A stretch of DNA of 57,004 nucleotides, taken from IMG/VR virus record IMGVR_UViG_3300024999_000122, positions 1 through 57,004 of that record; one strand, written 5' to 3'. The notes below the pieces were generated by a model. That model did no database searches. It had not been told where the DNA came from and worked only from the letters and a program-made list of their open reading frames with translations. Each line of letters starts with the position of its first letter. Within the stretch, counting starts at the first letter, position 1. A program made the translations under genes and the position numbers. Shown piece by piece: positions 1 through 9,937 of this stretch. This stretch comes from a virus. Taxonomy: Duplodnaviria; Caudoviricetes.

Positions 1-2
1 TC

Positions 3-893
3 TTGCTAGCCGTAACAATCGGGGGTGCGGCGTTTACAATGAGTAACGCAGTAATAAAGGCGCTGCCTATTGCGGCTGCCGCGGCTAAGCCTGCGGTACT
101 AATCGGGAGCGCGGCTATAAATAACGCCGATGCCAGCGGGGCGCACGCGAACACTGTGTTAACTATCACGGTTAACGGTAAGGCGTATACAGCGGCTAAC
201 GCTACACTGGCGGCCCTGGCAGCCGACAGCACAGACGCCGTAGTAGCGGCCGCGTTATCTACAGCGGCTAACGCTGACGGTACCACAGTGGCCGACGTCG
301 CCGAAGTAACGGTAGTAGCTAGTGTTATCCATATTTCTACCCGTAAAGTAGGAATTGACCAGTCAATAGCTATCGCAGGGACCTGGGGCGCCGCTGGCGA
401 CGAGGCCCTTTTAGAGGGTATTTTCGGTATTTCCTTCCCCGCAGCTGCCACGTACGGCGCTGCTAGTGCTGCCGAAACTATAGCCGCTGCCTTCTCTAAC
501 CTGGCTGTAGCTAGTGGATTGACCGTAGGGGACCTGGCCGTAGTCAGTGTTACCGCAGCTGGAAAACTGCGGGTAGTTACTAAGGACTTCGGTACCTTGC
601 AGACTATAGCTATTACGGGAACCTGGGGAACGGCTGGCGACGAAGCCACAGTAGAAGGTATTCTAGGCGTAGCCTTACCAGCCAGCGCCGTAGGTACTGG
701 AGCCTTCCCAGTAGGAAAGTCTAACCCCGTTATTCTGGACGAAAGCGTTAAGTTCGTGGTAAAAGACGACGGTACTAACCCAGACGTAACGGCTGGAGAA
801 GTCCTGGTACACGGCGCAGTATATAACGGTATGCTTACAGGCGCTACGGCGGCCTTTAGAGCAGCGCTGGCGGGCTTTATTCGCTTCGTATAA
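3..893 (+). CDS. Capsid decoration protein, 3' part (starts at 56602 across the join; about 388 aa total)
   Basis: In frame with the ORF starting at 56602; lies between scaffold and major capsid genes; C-terminus GEVLVHGAVYNGML resembles head decoration proteins. Confidence 0.7.
   Translation: MLAVTIGGAAFTMSNAVIKALPIAAAAAKPAVLIGSAAINNADASGAHANTVLTITVNGKAYTAANATLAALAADSTDAVVAAALSTAANADGTTVADVAEVTVVASVIHISTRKVGIDQSIAIAGTWGAAGDEALLEGIFGISFPAAATYGAASAAETIAAAFSNLAVASGLTVGDLAVVSVTAAGKLRVVTKDFGTLQTIAITGTWGTAGDEATVEGILGVALPASAVGTGAFPVGKSNPVILDESVKFVVKDDGTNPDVTAGEVLVHGAVYNGMLTGATAAFRAALAGFIRFV
4..129. repeat. Terminal direct repeat, copy 1 (126 bp; circular-assembly overlap)
   Basis: 4-129 is identical to 56879-57004; bases 1-3 (tct) differ from 56876-56878 (ctg). 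Confidence 0.95.
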
Positions 894-930
894 TCTATAA
901 ATTTAAAGACGAAAGGACGGTACAAACGAA

Positions 931-1941
931 ATGGCAGGACTAGCAAATTTAAGCGATTTTTTCGCTAACCCATTATTCACGGACGTAATCAAAGAAGTAC
1001 CTGTAGAAACGTCGTATATTGGACAGCGCTTCTTACCGCTGGCTGATACCTACGATATTGATTTTAACGAGACAGTCATAACCAGACAGGCCGACATGGC
1101 TAACCTGGTAGACAGTGGGGCAGAATTGCCACTAACTGACCGCGACCCAGTAAGACGGGTCAGCGGGGAAATTACAGACATGGGCCAGAGTTACATTTTA
1201 TCTAAAAAAGAACTGGCCGCCATGATGGACAAGGGCAACGAAGGAAAGCGTAAACTGGCCGTAAAAGAAGTCTTAAACAAAACGGCCCAGGTAAAGCGTA
1301 ACATTGATGCCCGTATTGAGTGGATGCGCTGGCAGGCCCTTGGAAATGGCGTACTGGCCTATAATAAGGGCGGTATTATCCTGGGTACAGACTTCGGGGT
1401 ACCGTCTGATAATAAAGTATCGGCCCTTACACGGTGGGACGACACAAGCCCTACTATTCTGGCTGATTACGAAGCCTGGGTACAGACCTATATAGACCTT
1501 AATGGTATGGCACCAGACACGTTCGTAACCAGTATTAAGGCTATCCGTGTCGTTATGAATAACGCGGATATTCGAAAGGCCGTTACTGGTTATTCGGACA
1601 AATTTCTTACACTGGCCGAACTTAATAGCTTCCTTACGGGCCGTCAAATGCCGACCATGGAAGCCTTCGACAGTTCGGTAACTTACCGCGACGTCGATAA
1701 CGGCGGGACACGTGTAACCCAGCGCCTACTTTCAGACAAAAAGGGTATCTTCTTGAAAGAGGGCGGCGCTATTGGGTCCCAACTCATAGGGCCTACTTAC
1801 GAGAACGACATGAACCCTGGCGTATTCTCTTATACCTTCACTATGCAGCGGCCCGTTAGGGAAGTAGTCGAGGTAGTAGCGGCATCGTTCCCTAAGATTT
1901 TAGAGCCTAATCTCATTAAGCAGGCCACTATTTTACTATAG
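931..1941 (+). CDS. Major capsid protein (capsid E-like)
   Basis: 336 aa; 'IDARIEWMRWQALGNG..TDFGVP..W' pattern typical of phage capsid E family; position after scaffold and decoration genes; RBS GAAAGGA. Confidence 0.9.
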   Translation: MAGLANLSDFFANPLFTDVIKEVPVETSYIGQRFLPLADTYDIDFNETVITRQADMANLVDSGAELPLTDRDPVRRVSGEITDMGQSYILSKKELAAMMDKGNEGKRKLAVKEVLNKTAQVKRNIDARIEWMRWQALGNGVLAYNKGGIILGTDFGVPSDNKVSALTRWDDTSPTILADYEAWVQTYIDLNGMAPDTFVTSIKAIRVVMNNADIRKAVTGYSDKFLTLAELNSFLTGRQMPTMEAFDSSVTYRDVDNGGTRVTQRLLSDKKGIFLKEGGAIGSQLIGPTYENDMNPGVFSYTFTMQRPVREVVEVVAASFPKILEPNLIKQATILL

Positions 1942-1950
1942 TACCCAGGA

Positions 1951-1973
1951 ACGGGGCGTAATATACGCCCCGT
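1951..1973 (+). terminator. Stem-loop after major capsid gene (partial terminator or mRNA stabiliser)
   Basis: acggggcgta-ata-tacgccccgt perfect 10-bp stem; no strong U-tract. Confidence 0.5.
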
Positions 1974-2009
1974 ATGCTATTTAAAATTAAGAACAAGGGG
2001 CGATAATAC

Positions 2010-2390
2010 TTGATAAAGGTACTGCTATTAATTCCAGGCACATTTAACGGGTCAATTATAGCCGCTGGGGAAGAAATCGAGTTACAAGACCGTAGTGCTA
2101 AATCATTGGTAAGTGAAGGCGGCGCTAAATATTCAAACGTGGAGAGCGCGACGCTAGGTGTAAGCCACGAAGGAGAAAAAGACTGGCAAGTACAAGCCGA
2201 AGGCAAAACAAAGGTCGCACAGAGCGAATTAGTGAAGGTTAAAAAGGCCTTACGGGATAAACTTACACATATGGACATGGCCAAAGAGGCTAAAGCCATG
2301 GGGGTAGAGTTTTCCTACGACGCCACGGAAGACGAGTTTATTAACGCAGTAGTAGCGTCTGGTAAGGCCGAAGCCCTACTACAGCTTTAG
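2010..2390 (+). CDS. Hypothetical head-associated protein
   Basis: ORF with RBS between capsid and connector genes. Confidence 0.6.
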   Translation: MIKVLLLIPGTFNGSIIAAGEEIELQDRSAKSLVSEGGAKYSNVESATLGVSHEGEKDWQVQAEGKTKVAQSELVKVKKALRDKLTHMDMAKEAKAMGVEFSYDATEDEFINAVVASGKAEALLQL

Positions 2391-2401
2391 GGGGTAGCAT
2401 T

Positions 2402-2779
2402 ATGGCCTTCTTGACCGAATCAGAACTAACGGGTATCTTTTACCCTAAAGCCGTGAACGTGGACCCAGCAGACCTACGCACGTACTTACTACGGGCTAAC
2501 TCCTTCGCTAAAGGAGAAATAGGCGGGGAACCTCCAGTAGTAGACGATGACTTAAAAGTAGCTGTAGCTATGGCCTTCGAGATCATGGCTCAGGGAGAAA
2601 CGTCCCAAGTAGACGAAATCACGGGAAATATTACGGAAGCAGCCCCGCCAGGCCAGTACATCAGGAAAAGCGAGTACAAGGACCCGTTAGACGTCGTTAG
2701 GGGTATGCTTAGGCCTTATAGGCTAGCCTTCGAAAAGGTTAACACGGCCCAAAGTGATAGGGGCGTAGCTTTTCTGTGA
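2402..2779 (+). CDS. Head-tail adaptor/connector protein
   Basis: 125 aa; position; 'VRGMLRPYR' C-terminal motif typical of gp6/gp15-like adaptors. Confidence 0.65.
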   Translation: MAFLTESELTGIFYPKAVNVDPADLRTYLLRANSFAKGEIGGEPPVVDDDLKVAVAMAFEIMAQGETSQVDEITGNITEAAPPGQYIRKSEYKDPLDVVRGMLRPYRLAFEKVNTAQSDRGVAFL

Positions 2780-3273
2780 GCATGGATGGCCTAAACATTG
2801 AAAACCTGGATCACTGGCTAGACTGGCTTAAGGGGCTAGAAAAGGAAAGTACGGACCGTTTTAAGTCCCGCGTCCTACGTAGCGCCGGGCTTAAGATATT
2901 AGAACACGCTGACGACCTAACGCCGCGACGTACTGGTCGCCTACAGAACAGTCTAGGTATGGGTGCCCAGGATAACTACTTTAGGCTAAAGATCGGTGGC
3001 ACTAGCTTAGTAGCTGTAGGTACGGCCGTAGAGTACGCGGCTGCCGTCGAAAATGGATTTAGTCAAGAGGACAGACGCGGCGACTTTATCCCTGGGTACT
3101 GGCGTAGCGGGACCTTCCACTATGACCCCACGGCCAGGACTGGTATGGTGTTAACTGGTAAGGTAATAGAGGGGGCACATATGTTTAGGGGCGCTATGGA
3201 CCGTCTTAAAAGCGGGGACCTGGGCACGATAGTGGAATTTGAATTTAGGCGGTTATACGCTGAATTGTTTTAG
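2776..3273 (+). CDS. HK97 gp10-like neck/tail component
   Basis: 'TPRRTGRLQNS...VGTAVEYAAAVENG...G.HMF' motifs. Confidence 0.8.
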   Translation: MSMDGLNIENLDHWLDWLKGLEKESTDRFKSRVLRSAGLKILEHADDLTPRRTGRLQNSLGMGAQDNYFRLKIGGTSLVAVGTAVEYAAAVENGFSQEDRRGDFIPGYWRSGTFHYDPTARTGMVLTGKVIEGAHMFRGAMDRLKSGDLGTIVEFEFRRLYAELF

Positions 3274-3282
3274 GGGGTAGCT

Positions 3283-3747
3283 ATGGACTACTTGGAAGAG
3301 TTAGAAGCTATACAGACATGGATTAAGGCGGCTGCTAACTTGAATTCGTACCGTCTTAAAGAAGCGAAGCCAAAAGTATCCAGGCCCGTAATATTATGGG
3401 AAAACCCCAGCAGGCAACCCCCGCGAAACCTAAGCCAGTACCAGTATGTGGTTAATGTCAGACAGTACGGGCGCTTATTTGTTAGCAGCCTGGACGAATC
3501 ACTAAGCGCCCAGGAAACGCTTACTAAGGATTTGGCCAATAAATACGGGGTACTGCCTATAAAGGTAGACGGAGTACAGGTAGGGCTACTTAAAGAAGCA
3601 CAGATCGAGTTTACAAACAGCGAAAGCCTGGACGTACCTTTTAGCGTGAGCTACGAAGTAACGTACGGCAGAACAAGGCCAGTAGTTCCGCCACCAGCTA
3701 CCGTAGTTACTACCAGGTATAAAATAGACTTCGACGACACGAATTAG
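3283..3747 (+). CDS. Putative tail terminator/completion protein
   Basis: 154 aa; immediately upstream of the sheath gene. Confidence 0.55.
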   Translation: MDYLEELEAIQTWIKAAANLNSYRLKEAKPKVSRPVILWENPSRQPPRNLSQYQYVVNVRQYGRLFVSSLDESLSAQETLTKDLANKYGVLPIKVDGVQVGLLKEAQIEFTNSESLDVPFSVSYEVTYGRTRPVVPPPATVVTTRYKIDFDDTN

Positions 3748-3767
3748 TAAGGGGGTAAGGCTTAATT

Positions 3768-5165
3768 ATGGCAGGAATATACCTAGAGGGAACGAGCAAA
3801 GTATTAAGCGGGGTCTATACCCTTATACAGGCGGCCGTTACACGGGTTACGATGGGTGCCAGGGGCATAGTAGCGTACCCGTTTACGTCGGACTGGGGGC
3901 CTATTAATAGCCTGGAAACGGTTATAATGGCCAGCGAGTTTAAGGCAATGTATAACGGGGCTGCTACAGCGTTAACCGCCGCCAAAGTCTACAAGCACGC
4001 TTTTAGCGGGAAGCCCCAGCGGGTCCTAAGCTACCGTATGGCTACAGGATTAGCAGCCAAAGGGACGGCGGTACTAGACGACGTGGAAAGCGCCCCGTCT
4101 TTAACCCTGGCGACGTTATACGAATCGGCCAGGGCCTTTACAGCTGTAGTTAAGGCCGGAACCAGCGGCGGCGTAATTGTAGAAATACTAGAGGGAGCCG
4201 TGAAACTTGTAAGCGTTGAAGGGGCTACGGTGGCAGATCTGGCGGCTAAGTTAAACGTCACGGATTACGTAAGGGCTACGGCGGGTACAACTTTACCAGC
4301 CGTTACAGCGGGGGTAGCCTTCGCTGGGGGTAACAACGGGTCTGTAGCGACGACCACGGAGTACGAAGCCTTTTTAGACGAACTAGAAGCGGACGGCACG
4401 CCTTCGGCCTTTAGCCTGGACGCAGTAAGCGACGACACGATACTAGCCACGGTTAGAACGTGGGTTACACGTGTTAGGGAAGAAGGCATTTACATTACCT
4501 TCGTACAGGGAGGCCCGACTGGCTGGGATGTCACTATAGCCGACGCTAATACCAAGTCGAAGTCCGTAAACTACAAGGGCATTATTAACGTAGGTAACGG
4601 GGTAGACGGATATACGGCCGCAGAGATGGCTATATTTATAGCCGCCCGCGTCGCCAGTGTCGCCCTTAATATGACACTGACTGACGAAATAGCCCCGTAC
4701 GTCGCCGTTAACAAAAAACTTAAGCCAGGCGAGCGAGTGGTAGCTAAGGAAAGCGGTACCCTGGTATTTGTCCAGGACGGTAGCGTAGTGCTTATTGACG
4801 AGGGAATTAACACGTTAACCGTGCCGCCAGCTGGCGAGGTAGTCGAATTCGGTAAGATCAGAATTAATAACGCCCTGGACTATATAGCCAAAGACCTGGA
4901 GAAGTTCGGCGACGAGTACAAGCGTACCCGTAGTAATACCCAGGAAGCCCGCGAAACATACGCGGCAGCGGTAGAAACCAGCTACCTTAAGCCCCTGGAA
5001 ACTTTAGAAGTTATCCAGGACGGCTATTTCTACCGACCAGACCCAGACTACCACGGTAAAGATGCAGTATTCACGCCCAAGATTGACGAAGCCTATTTCT
5101 ACGGCGACATTACGCCAGTAGACAGTATGGAACGTCTGTATCAAAAAATCGGCGTACACTTTTAG
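3768..5165 (+). CDS. Tail sheath protein (XkdK-like)
   Basis: 465 aa; 'GARGIVA.P..SDWGP', 'GINTLT', 'KIRI', 'PVDSMERLY' sheath motifs. Confidence 0.92.
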   Translation: MAGIYLEGTSKVLSGVYTLIQAAVTRVTMGARGIVAYPFTSDWGPINSLETVIMASEFKAMYNGAATALTAAKVYKHAFSGKPQRVLSYRMATGLAAKGTAVLDDVESAPSLTLATLYESARAFTAVVKAGTSGGVIVEILEGAVKLVSVEGATVADLAAKLNVTDYVRATAGTTLPAVTAGVAFAGGNNGSVATTTEYEAFLDELEADGTPSAFSLDAVSDDTILATVRTWVTRVREEGIYITFVQGGPTGWDVTIADANTKSKSVNYKGIINVGNGVDGYTAAEMAIFIAARVASVALNMTLTDEIAPYVAVNKKLKPGERVVAKESGTLVFVQDGSVVLIDEGINTLTVPPAGEVVEFGKIRINNALDYIAKDLEKFGDEYKRTRSNTQEARETYAAAVETSYLKPLETLEVIQDGYFYRPDPDYHGKDAVFTPKIDEAYFYGDITPVDSMERLYQKIGVHF

Positions 5166-5183
5166 GAAGGGGGTATAGGTTAA

Positions 5184-5603
5184 ATGTCCTTTGAAGCAAA
5201 CGAAGCCATTAACGGGCTATACGGCAAGGCTTACGACGAAAGCGGAAAAGAAATACAAGGTACCCAGGAATTCGAAGCGTCTGTAGAATTCGAGAAAGAG
5301 GACATTAAACAGGCTGGCGTCTTTATGACAGGCCATAAGGTAATGGGTGGCAGCGGTAAGGGAAGTATGAAAATACTTAAACTGGACAGCCGCCTACAAA
5401 AGAAAGTCCTAGAAAATCCTACTGTAAAGTTTAACTACATCGGCAAGCTAGCGGACCCGACAGCCAGGGGAGAAGAATCCGTGCTACTAATCGGGGTAAG
5501 CTTCGACGGGGCGCCTTTAATGGGCTACAGTATGGGGGCTTTAGTCGAGGTAGACCTGGACTTTACCTTTGACAGTTACCGTTATTTACAGTCGATAGAC
5601 TAA
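5184..5603 (+). CDS. Tail tube protein (XkdM-like)
   Basis: 139 aa after sheath; 'INGLYG..GKGSMK..KLADP..DFTF' motifs. Confidence 0.88.
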   Translation: MSFEANEAINGLYGKAYDESGKEIQGTQEFEASVEFEKEDIKQAGVFMTGHKVMGGSGKGSMKILKLDSRLQKKVLENPTVKFNYIGKLADPTARGEESVLLIGVSFDGAPLMGYSMGALVEVDLDFTFDSYRYLQSID

Positions 5604-5610
5604 GTTACAC

Positions 5611-5640
5611 GGGGTAGGCAGTAAGCCTGCCCCTTATTTT
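5611..5640 (+). terminator. Intrinsic terminator after tail tube gene
   Basis: ggggtaggc / gcctgcccc stem followed by ttatttt. Confidence 0.6.
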
Positions 5641-5667
5641 ATGAGTATGAAGGGCGGTAAAATAACC

Positions 5668-6099
5668 ATGGCTTACGTTACACTGGAAAACATTTTAGGA
5701 AAAGATCAGGCCGAACTTACAGCACTTAAGCAGGGGGAGTATGAAACCGAAAAACTGGGTCTTTTACCTTACACGGCAGTAGACCACGCAGAATACAAGG
5801 CGGCTAAGAATAGCTGTATGAGGATGGTACCCGACAAGAGCGGTGGCCGTGTCCCAGAACTTGACGACGACCGTTTAATGTTGGAAATTATTGTAACGTC
5901 TGTAGACAAAGACCAACGTAGTAATTTTACGTTTGCCAGTAAGGCGCTTTTGGAAAAGCTGGGGGTAGTCAAGGCCACGGACGTAGTAGCCAAGTTATTA
6001 AGCCCCGGGGAAGTTTATAACCTGGCTATCAAAATTCAAGACCTTAGTGGCTTCGGTTTGAAGGCAGAACTGGAGATTAAAGAAGCCGTAAAAAACTAA
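5668..6099 (+). CDS. Tail assembly chaperone (XkdN-like)
   Basis: Between tube and tape measure genes; 'LLSPGEV...LSGF...EAVKN*' ending; ATG 5668 follows an RBS. Confidence 0.85.
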   Translation: MAYVTLENILGKDQAELTALKQGEYETEKLGLLPYTAVDHAEYKAAKNSCMRMVPDKSGGRVPELDDDRLMLEIIVTSVDKDQRSNFTFASKALLEKLGVVKATDVVAKLLSPGEVYNLAIKIQDLSGFGLKAELEIKEAVKN

Positions 6100-6266
6100 T
6101 AAAACGGGACGGAGAAGCTAGCCTTATAGCCCATATCTGGAACGAGTACCACAGGCTACCGGGCGAAATATATAACCTTCCCGTAGGTGAAAGAGAATTT
6201 ATCTACCAAGCTACCAGGTTAAAAATAAAAGCAGAAGAACAGGCGCGTAAGAAGGGGGGTAAATAG
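6090..6266 (+). CDS. -1 frameshift extension of the tail chaperone (not in ORF track)
   Basis: Slippery A AAA AAC at 6090-6096; -1 frame reads KKLIKRDGEASLIAHIWNEYHRLPGEIYNLPVGEREFIYQATRLKIKAEEQARKKGGK to TAG 6264-6266, abutting the tape measure ATG. Confidence 0.8.
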   Translation, partial: KKLIKRDGEASLIAHIWNEYHRLPGEIYNLPVGEREFIYQATRLKIKAEEQARKKGGK

Positions 6267-8174
6267 ATGGCTGGCGAATTCGTCATGGGCGCTACTCTAC
6301 AATTACGTGACCTTTTCAGTAGACAGGTACAGAGAGCTACACAGGCTACGCAAATGTTCAGCGGTACAACACAAACGGCCGACCGTGCTACAGGGCGCTG
6401 GCGAGATAGCCAGGGGCGGTTAAACAATACACTGGGTCAGTTTGACCGGGCGGCACATAACAGCACGCGGGCTACACGGGGTTACGCCCAGGCTTCCAGC
6501 GGTTTAGCGGGGAGTTTAGGAGCGGTGAAAGGTGCCATACTGGCCGTAGTTGGCGCGGCGGCCTTGAAGGCCAGTTTTAGCTGGCTTGTAAAGTCTAACG
6601 CGGACATGGAAACGTATAAGAACACGCTGGCCGTCGTCCTTAAGTCCGAAGAAAAGGCTGTAGAAACGCTGGCCTGGGCGCAGAAGTTCGCGGCTAATAC
6701 ACCCTTCGAAATACCGCAAATTGTCGAAGCTACTACCCGTATGGCGTCGTACGGATTAAACGCCCAGAAAACGCTGGGCATAGTTGGGGACATGGCTTCC
6801 GTAATGGGCAAAGACCTTATGCAGGCTGTAGAAGCTGTAGCCGACGCCCAGACAGGGGAACTGGAACGGCTTAAGGAATTTGGGATAACTAAGAAACAGA
6901 TCGAAGACCAGGCTAAACTTATGAAGGTTACCGTAACGAATAACCAGGGGCAAATTACCGACCAAAAGGCCTTTAACGCTGTACTGTTTAAGCTTATGGA
7001 AGACCGCTACAAGGGCGGTATGGCCATGCAAAGTAAAACATTCTGGGGTATGTTAAGTAACGCTAAAGACTTTGTGGGCAGTATTGGAAAAACATTAGGC
7101 GCGCCCATGTTCGACGGTATGAAGGACGGCCTGAGGAATTTACTAGATTGGATGAATTTCGTACAAGAAAATGGTACCGTAGATCGGTGGGCTAACCATG
7201 TAGCATACGTATTAAAGCAAGTAGCAGCATACTTTGGCATGTTTAAGAGCTTCGCGGCACGTCATATAAACTACGTAATTTATAGGGCGAGAGCCTTGTA
7301 CACGGAAAACAAGCCGTTTTTCGATAGGTTGAGAGTTATCCTAGGGAACGTATTTACGGAACTACAGACTAAAGGAACCCCTGTAATGCAGTGGCTAAAC
7401 GTGCAACTGCCCAAGATTATAAACTTCCTGTTCAATATAGCCCAAAAAGTAATAGACGTGGCCAACTATATACAGACTAACTGGTCATGGATAGAACCGC
7501 TTGTACAGGGTATAGCCCTAGCGTTAGGTGTTTATCTAACCTACCTAGGCTTAGTTAAGGCTATGACTAAAACAGCCGCGGTTATGCAATGGCTGTGGAA
7601 CGCAGCTATGACAGCGAATCCTATAGGGCTTATTATCGTAGTGATAGGTCTGTTAGTCGGTGGCCTAATCCTGCTTTATAGGCACTGGGACATGGTAAAG
7701 CAGGGGGCGTCAGACATGTGGATAGGTATTTTAAACTTCTTTAAGTCTGGCGTAAACCAGGCTTTAGGGCTTATCAACAAGTTAAGCGACGGTATAAAAA
7801 AAGTAACGGGTAAGGACTTCGGGCACGTTGAACTTTTGCAAATGGAGCAAACGTCAGTGGAAAAAAGGAGTTCTTTTGACGCGGTAAGAGGTATAGACGG
7901 GAAGCATAAGAACGGCCTAAGCTATGTCCCCTTCGACGGCTACAGATCGGAGTTACACAAGGGGGAAGCCGTACTTACAGCTTCGGAGAACAGAGCGTAT
8001 CGAAAAGGTGGCGGCGGTAATTCGTTCGGGGCGCTTATCGGTCAGCTGGTTATTAACGGAACTGACAAGGACCCCGGTCAAATAGCCGACGAAGTAATAG
8101 ACGAACTTCACAAGAGATTTACAGACGCCGACGACGTAAACGGGCCGGGAATGGGGGCGTTGCTGAGTGCCTAA
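6267..8174 (+). CDS. Tape measure protein
   Basis: 635 aa; 'FAANTPFE' tape-measure domain, 'AMTANPIGLII' hydrophobic segment, 'GLSYVPFDGY..ELHKGE.VLTA.EN' C-terminal motif. Confidence 0.92.
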   Translation: MAGEFVMGATLQLRDLFSRQVQRATQATQMFSGTTQTADRATGRWRDSQGRLNNTLGQFDRAAHNSTRATRGYAQASSGLAGSLGAVKGAILAVVGAAALKASFSWLVKSNADMETYKNTLAVVLKSEEKAVETLAWAQKFAANTPFEIPQIVEATTRMASYGLNAQKTLGIVGDMASVMGKDLMQAVEAVADAQTGELERLKEFGITKKQIEDQAKLMKVTVTNNQGQITDQKAFNAVLFKLMEDRYKGGMAMQSKTFWGMLSNAKDFVGSIGKTLGAPMFDGMKDGLRNLLDWMNFVQENGTVDRWANHVAYVLKQVAAYFGMFKSFAARHINYVIYRARALYTENKPFFDRLRVILGNVFTELQTKGTPVMQWLNVQLPKIINFLFNIAQKVIDVANYIQTNWSWIEPLVQGIALALGVYLTYLGLVKAMTKTAAVMQWLWNAAMTANPIGLIIVVIGLLVGGLILLYRHWDMVKQGASDMWIGILNFFKSGVNQALGLINKLSDGIKKVTGKDFGHVELLQMEQTSVEKRSSFDAVRGIDGKHKNGLSYVPFDGYRSELHKGEAVLTASENRAYRKGGGGNSFGALIGQLVINGTDKDPGQIADEVIDELHKRFTDADDVNGPGMGALLSA

Positions 8175-8838
8175 CGGTATAAAAGTAGAGTTGACTATAC
8201 GGGACAACAAGACAGGTAAATACCTTAAAATACCAGTTACACCGCCTACGATAAAGTACAACGACGGCGAAGCGCTGGTAAACAGTGTCAATATTCTTAA
8301 TCTGGGCACGGTTGACTTTGCTAATGGGGTAGACCTGGACAGTATGGGCTGGGATAGCTTTTTTCCAGCTAGGTACGACGCTGGGTATTGCAGTACGAGC
8401 GACCTATTAACGCCTACCGAGTACCGCGACCAGTTCGTAGCCTGGAAGAATGAACATATCAGCTTACAGGTAATATGCCCAGCAGCGGGTATAAATAAGC
8501 AAATGTATGTAAGACAGTTCCAGGGAGAACTTAAAGGCTTCGAAGGCGACATTTACTACACGGTAAACTTTACGGAGGATCGTAAGCTATTACCCAGACA
8601 AATAGACGTAGCGGTAACGGGCACGACGATACAGGCGGTTACCACAGTAACCCCCGAATCAAGGCCCGAAGTCGCGCAGGAAGCTACCCCGGCCACGTAT
8701 ACCGTAGTAGCAGGGGACAGCCTAAGCTTAATAGGCAAAAAGTTAGGTATAGCTTGGGTCGATATTTACAACAGAAACAAAGGAATCATAGGGCCAGACC
8801 CTAACAAAATTTACCCAGGCCAGGTATTCAGCGTATGA
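8167..8838 (+). CDS. XkdP-like tail tube initiator with LysM domain
   Basis: C-terminal LysM 'YTVVAGDSLSLIGKK...IYNRNK..PNKIYPGQ'; follows tape measure. Confidence 0.88.
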   Translation: MPNGIKVELTIRDNKTGKYLKIPVTPPTIKYNDGEALVNSVNILNLGTVDFANGVDLDSMGWDSFFPARYDAGYCSTSDLLTPTEYRDQFVAWKNEHISLQVICPAAGINKQMYVRQFQGELKGFEGDIYYTVNFTEDRKLLPRQIDVAVTGTTIQAVTTVTPESRPEVAQEATPATYTVVAGDSLSLIGKKLGIAWVDIYNRNKGIIGPDPNKIYPGQVFSV

Positions 8839-9926
8839 CTTTAGACATACGGCTAAACGACCAGAGCCTAAGAGAAATACTAAGCGGGCCGCCTAAGATC
8901 ACGGACCAACTAGACGCAGTATGCCGAACGCTGGAGGTTACCGTAAAAAACGTGGACGGCCTAGAAAACTACTTAGGGCAGCCTATAGAATTATGGTATG
9001 CAGGAAAACGCTGGTTTATGGGCTTTTTAATGCGCCGCCGTATAGGGTCCGACGGGGCTATAACCTATGTAGCGTATGATCCGCTGTATTTCTTGAAACG
9101 TAACCCAGACGACTGGTATTTTGTGAATTCCACAGCTACCCAGGCATTTACGGAACTGGCTAGTAAGTCTGGCGTAAGGGTAGCTAGCCTGGCTAACACG
9201 GGGTCTGTATTCCCTGCCCTTTACTACCACGGTGCCGAAGCTAGTAAGGTAGGCATAGACCTATTAGCCAGGACTATAAAAAGCGGGGGTAACAAGTATT
9301 GGTTTAGGTACCAACCAGACGACGGAAACGACGGCCTGGTACTGTTCGAAAAGATCGTACCGCCGAAAATATGGGTATTCCAGGTAGGCGTAAACTTGAC
9401 AGCCGCCAGCAAGGAAGAAAGCTTGGAAGAAACGGCGACAGTAGTAAAACTGGTAAACCGTGAAACTGGGAAGGTAGTAACTAAAATCGACGACGAATCA
9501 TTTAAGAAATACGGGCAGCTTGTACACTTTGAAGAAGTAGACAAGGACCAGGCTGATACGATGGAAGCCAGAGCACAGCAGCTACTTACGGAACTGAACA
9601 CGGTAGGCGTTACAATGAGCGCCGAAGGCATTAACCCAGACCAGGTAATACCGCAGCTGTATAGCGGTGACGCTATTTACGTTGAAGAACCAGTAACGGG
9701 GCTAGTGGGCGGGTACTATATTCGCAATGTTACGCACAGCTTCGAGAGTGACAGCCTGGTAACTTTGTCCTTCGACATTACGACCGCCCCAGACGTCCCA
9801 GACCTTACCTACGAGGACGCGGACAAGAAGCCCGAAAGCAAAAAAGACAGCAAGGGCGACGGTAAAGGAGTCCAGCAAGTATACAGCGACGAAATGAACG
9901 GGCTAATAGATCAGTACGGGTTATAA
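8835..9926 (+). CDS. XkdQ-like baseplate hub protein
   Basis: 363 aa; 'AYDPLYFLKRN', 'KKYGQL', 'YYIRNVTHSF'; Xkd gene order. Confidence 0.82.
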   Translation: MTLDIRLNDQSLREILSGPPKITDQLDAVCRTLEVTVKNVDGLENYLGQPIELWYAGKRWFMGFLMRRRIGSDGAITYVAYDPLYFLKRNPDDWYFVNSTATQAFTELASKSGVRVASLANTGSVFPALYYHGAEASKVGIDLLARTIKSGGNKYWFRYQPDDGNDGLVLFEKIVPPKIWVFQVGVNLTAASKEESLEETATVVKLVNRETGKVVTKIDDESFKKYGQLVHFEEVDKDQADTMEARAQQLLTELNTVGVTMSAEGINPDQVIPQLYSGDAIYVEEPVTGLVGGYYIRNVTHSFESDSLVTLSFDITTAPDVPDLTYEDADKKPESKKDSKGDGKGVQQVYSDEMNGLIDQYGL

Positions 9927-9937
9927 GGGGGCTAACC

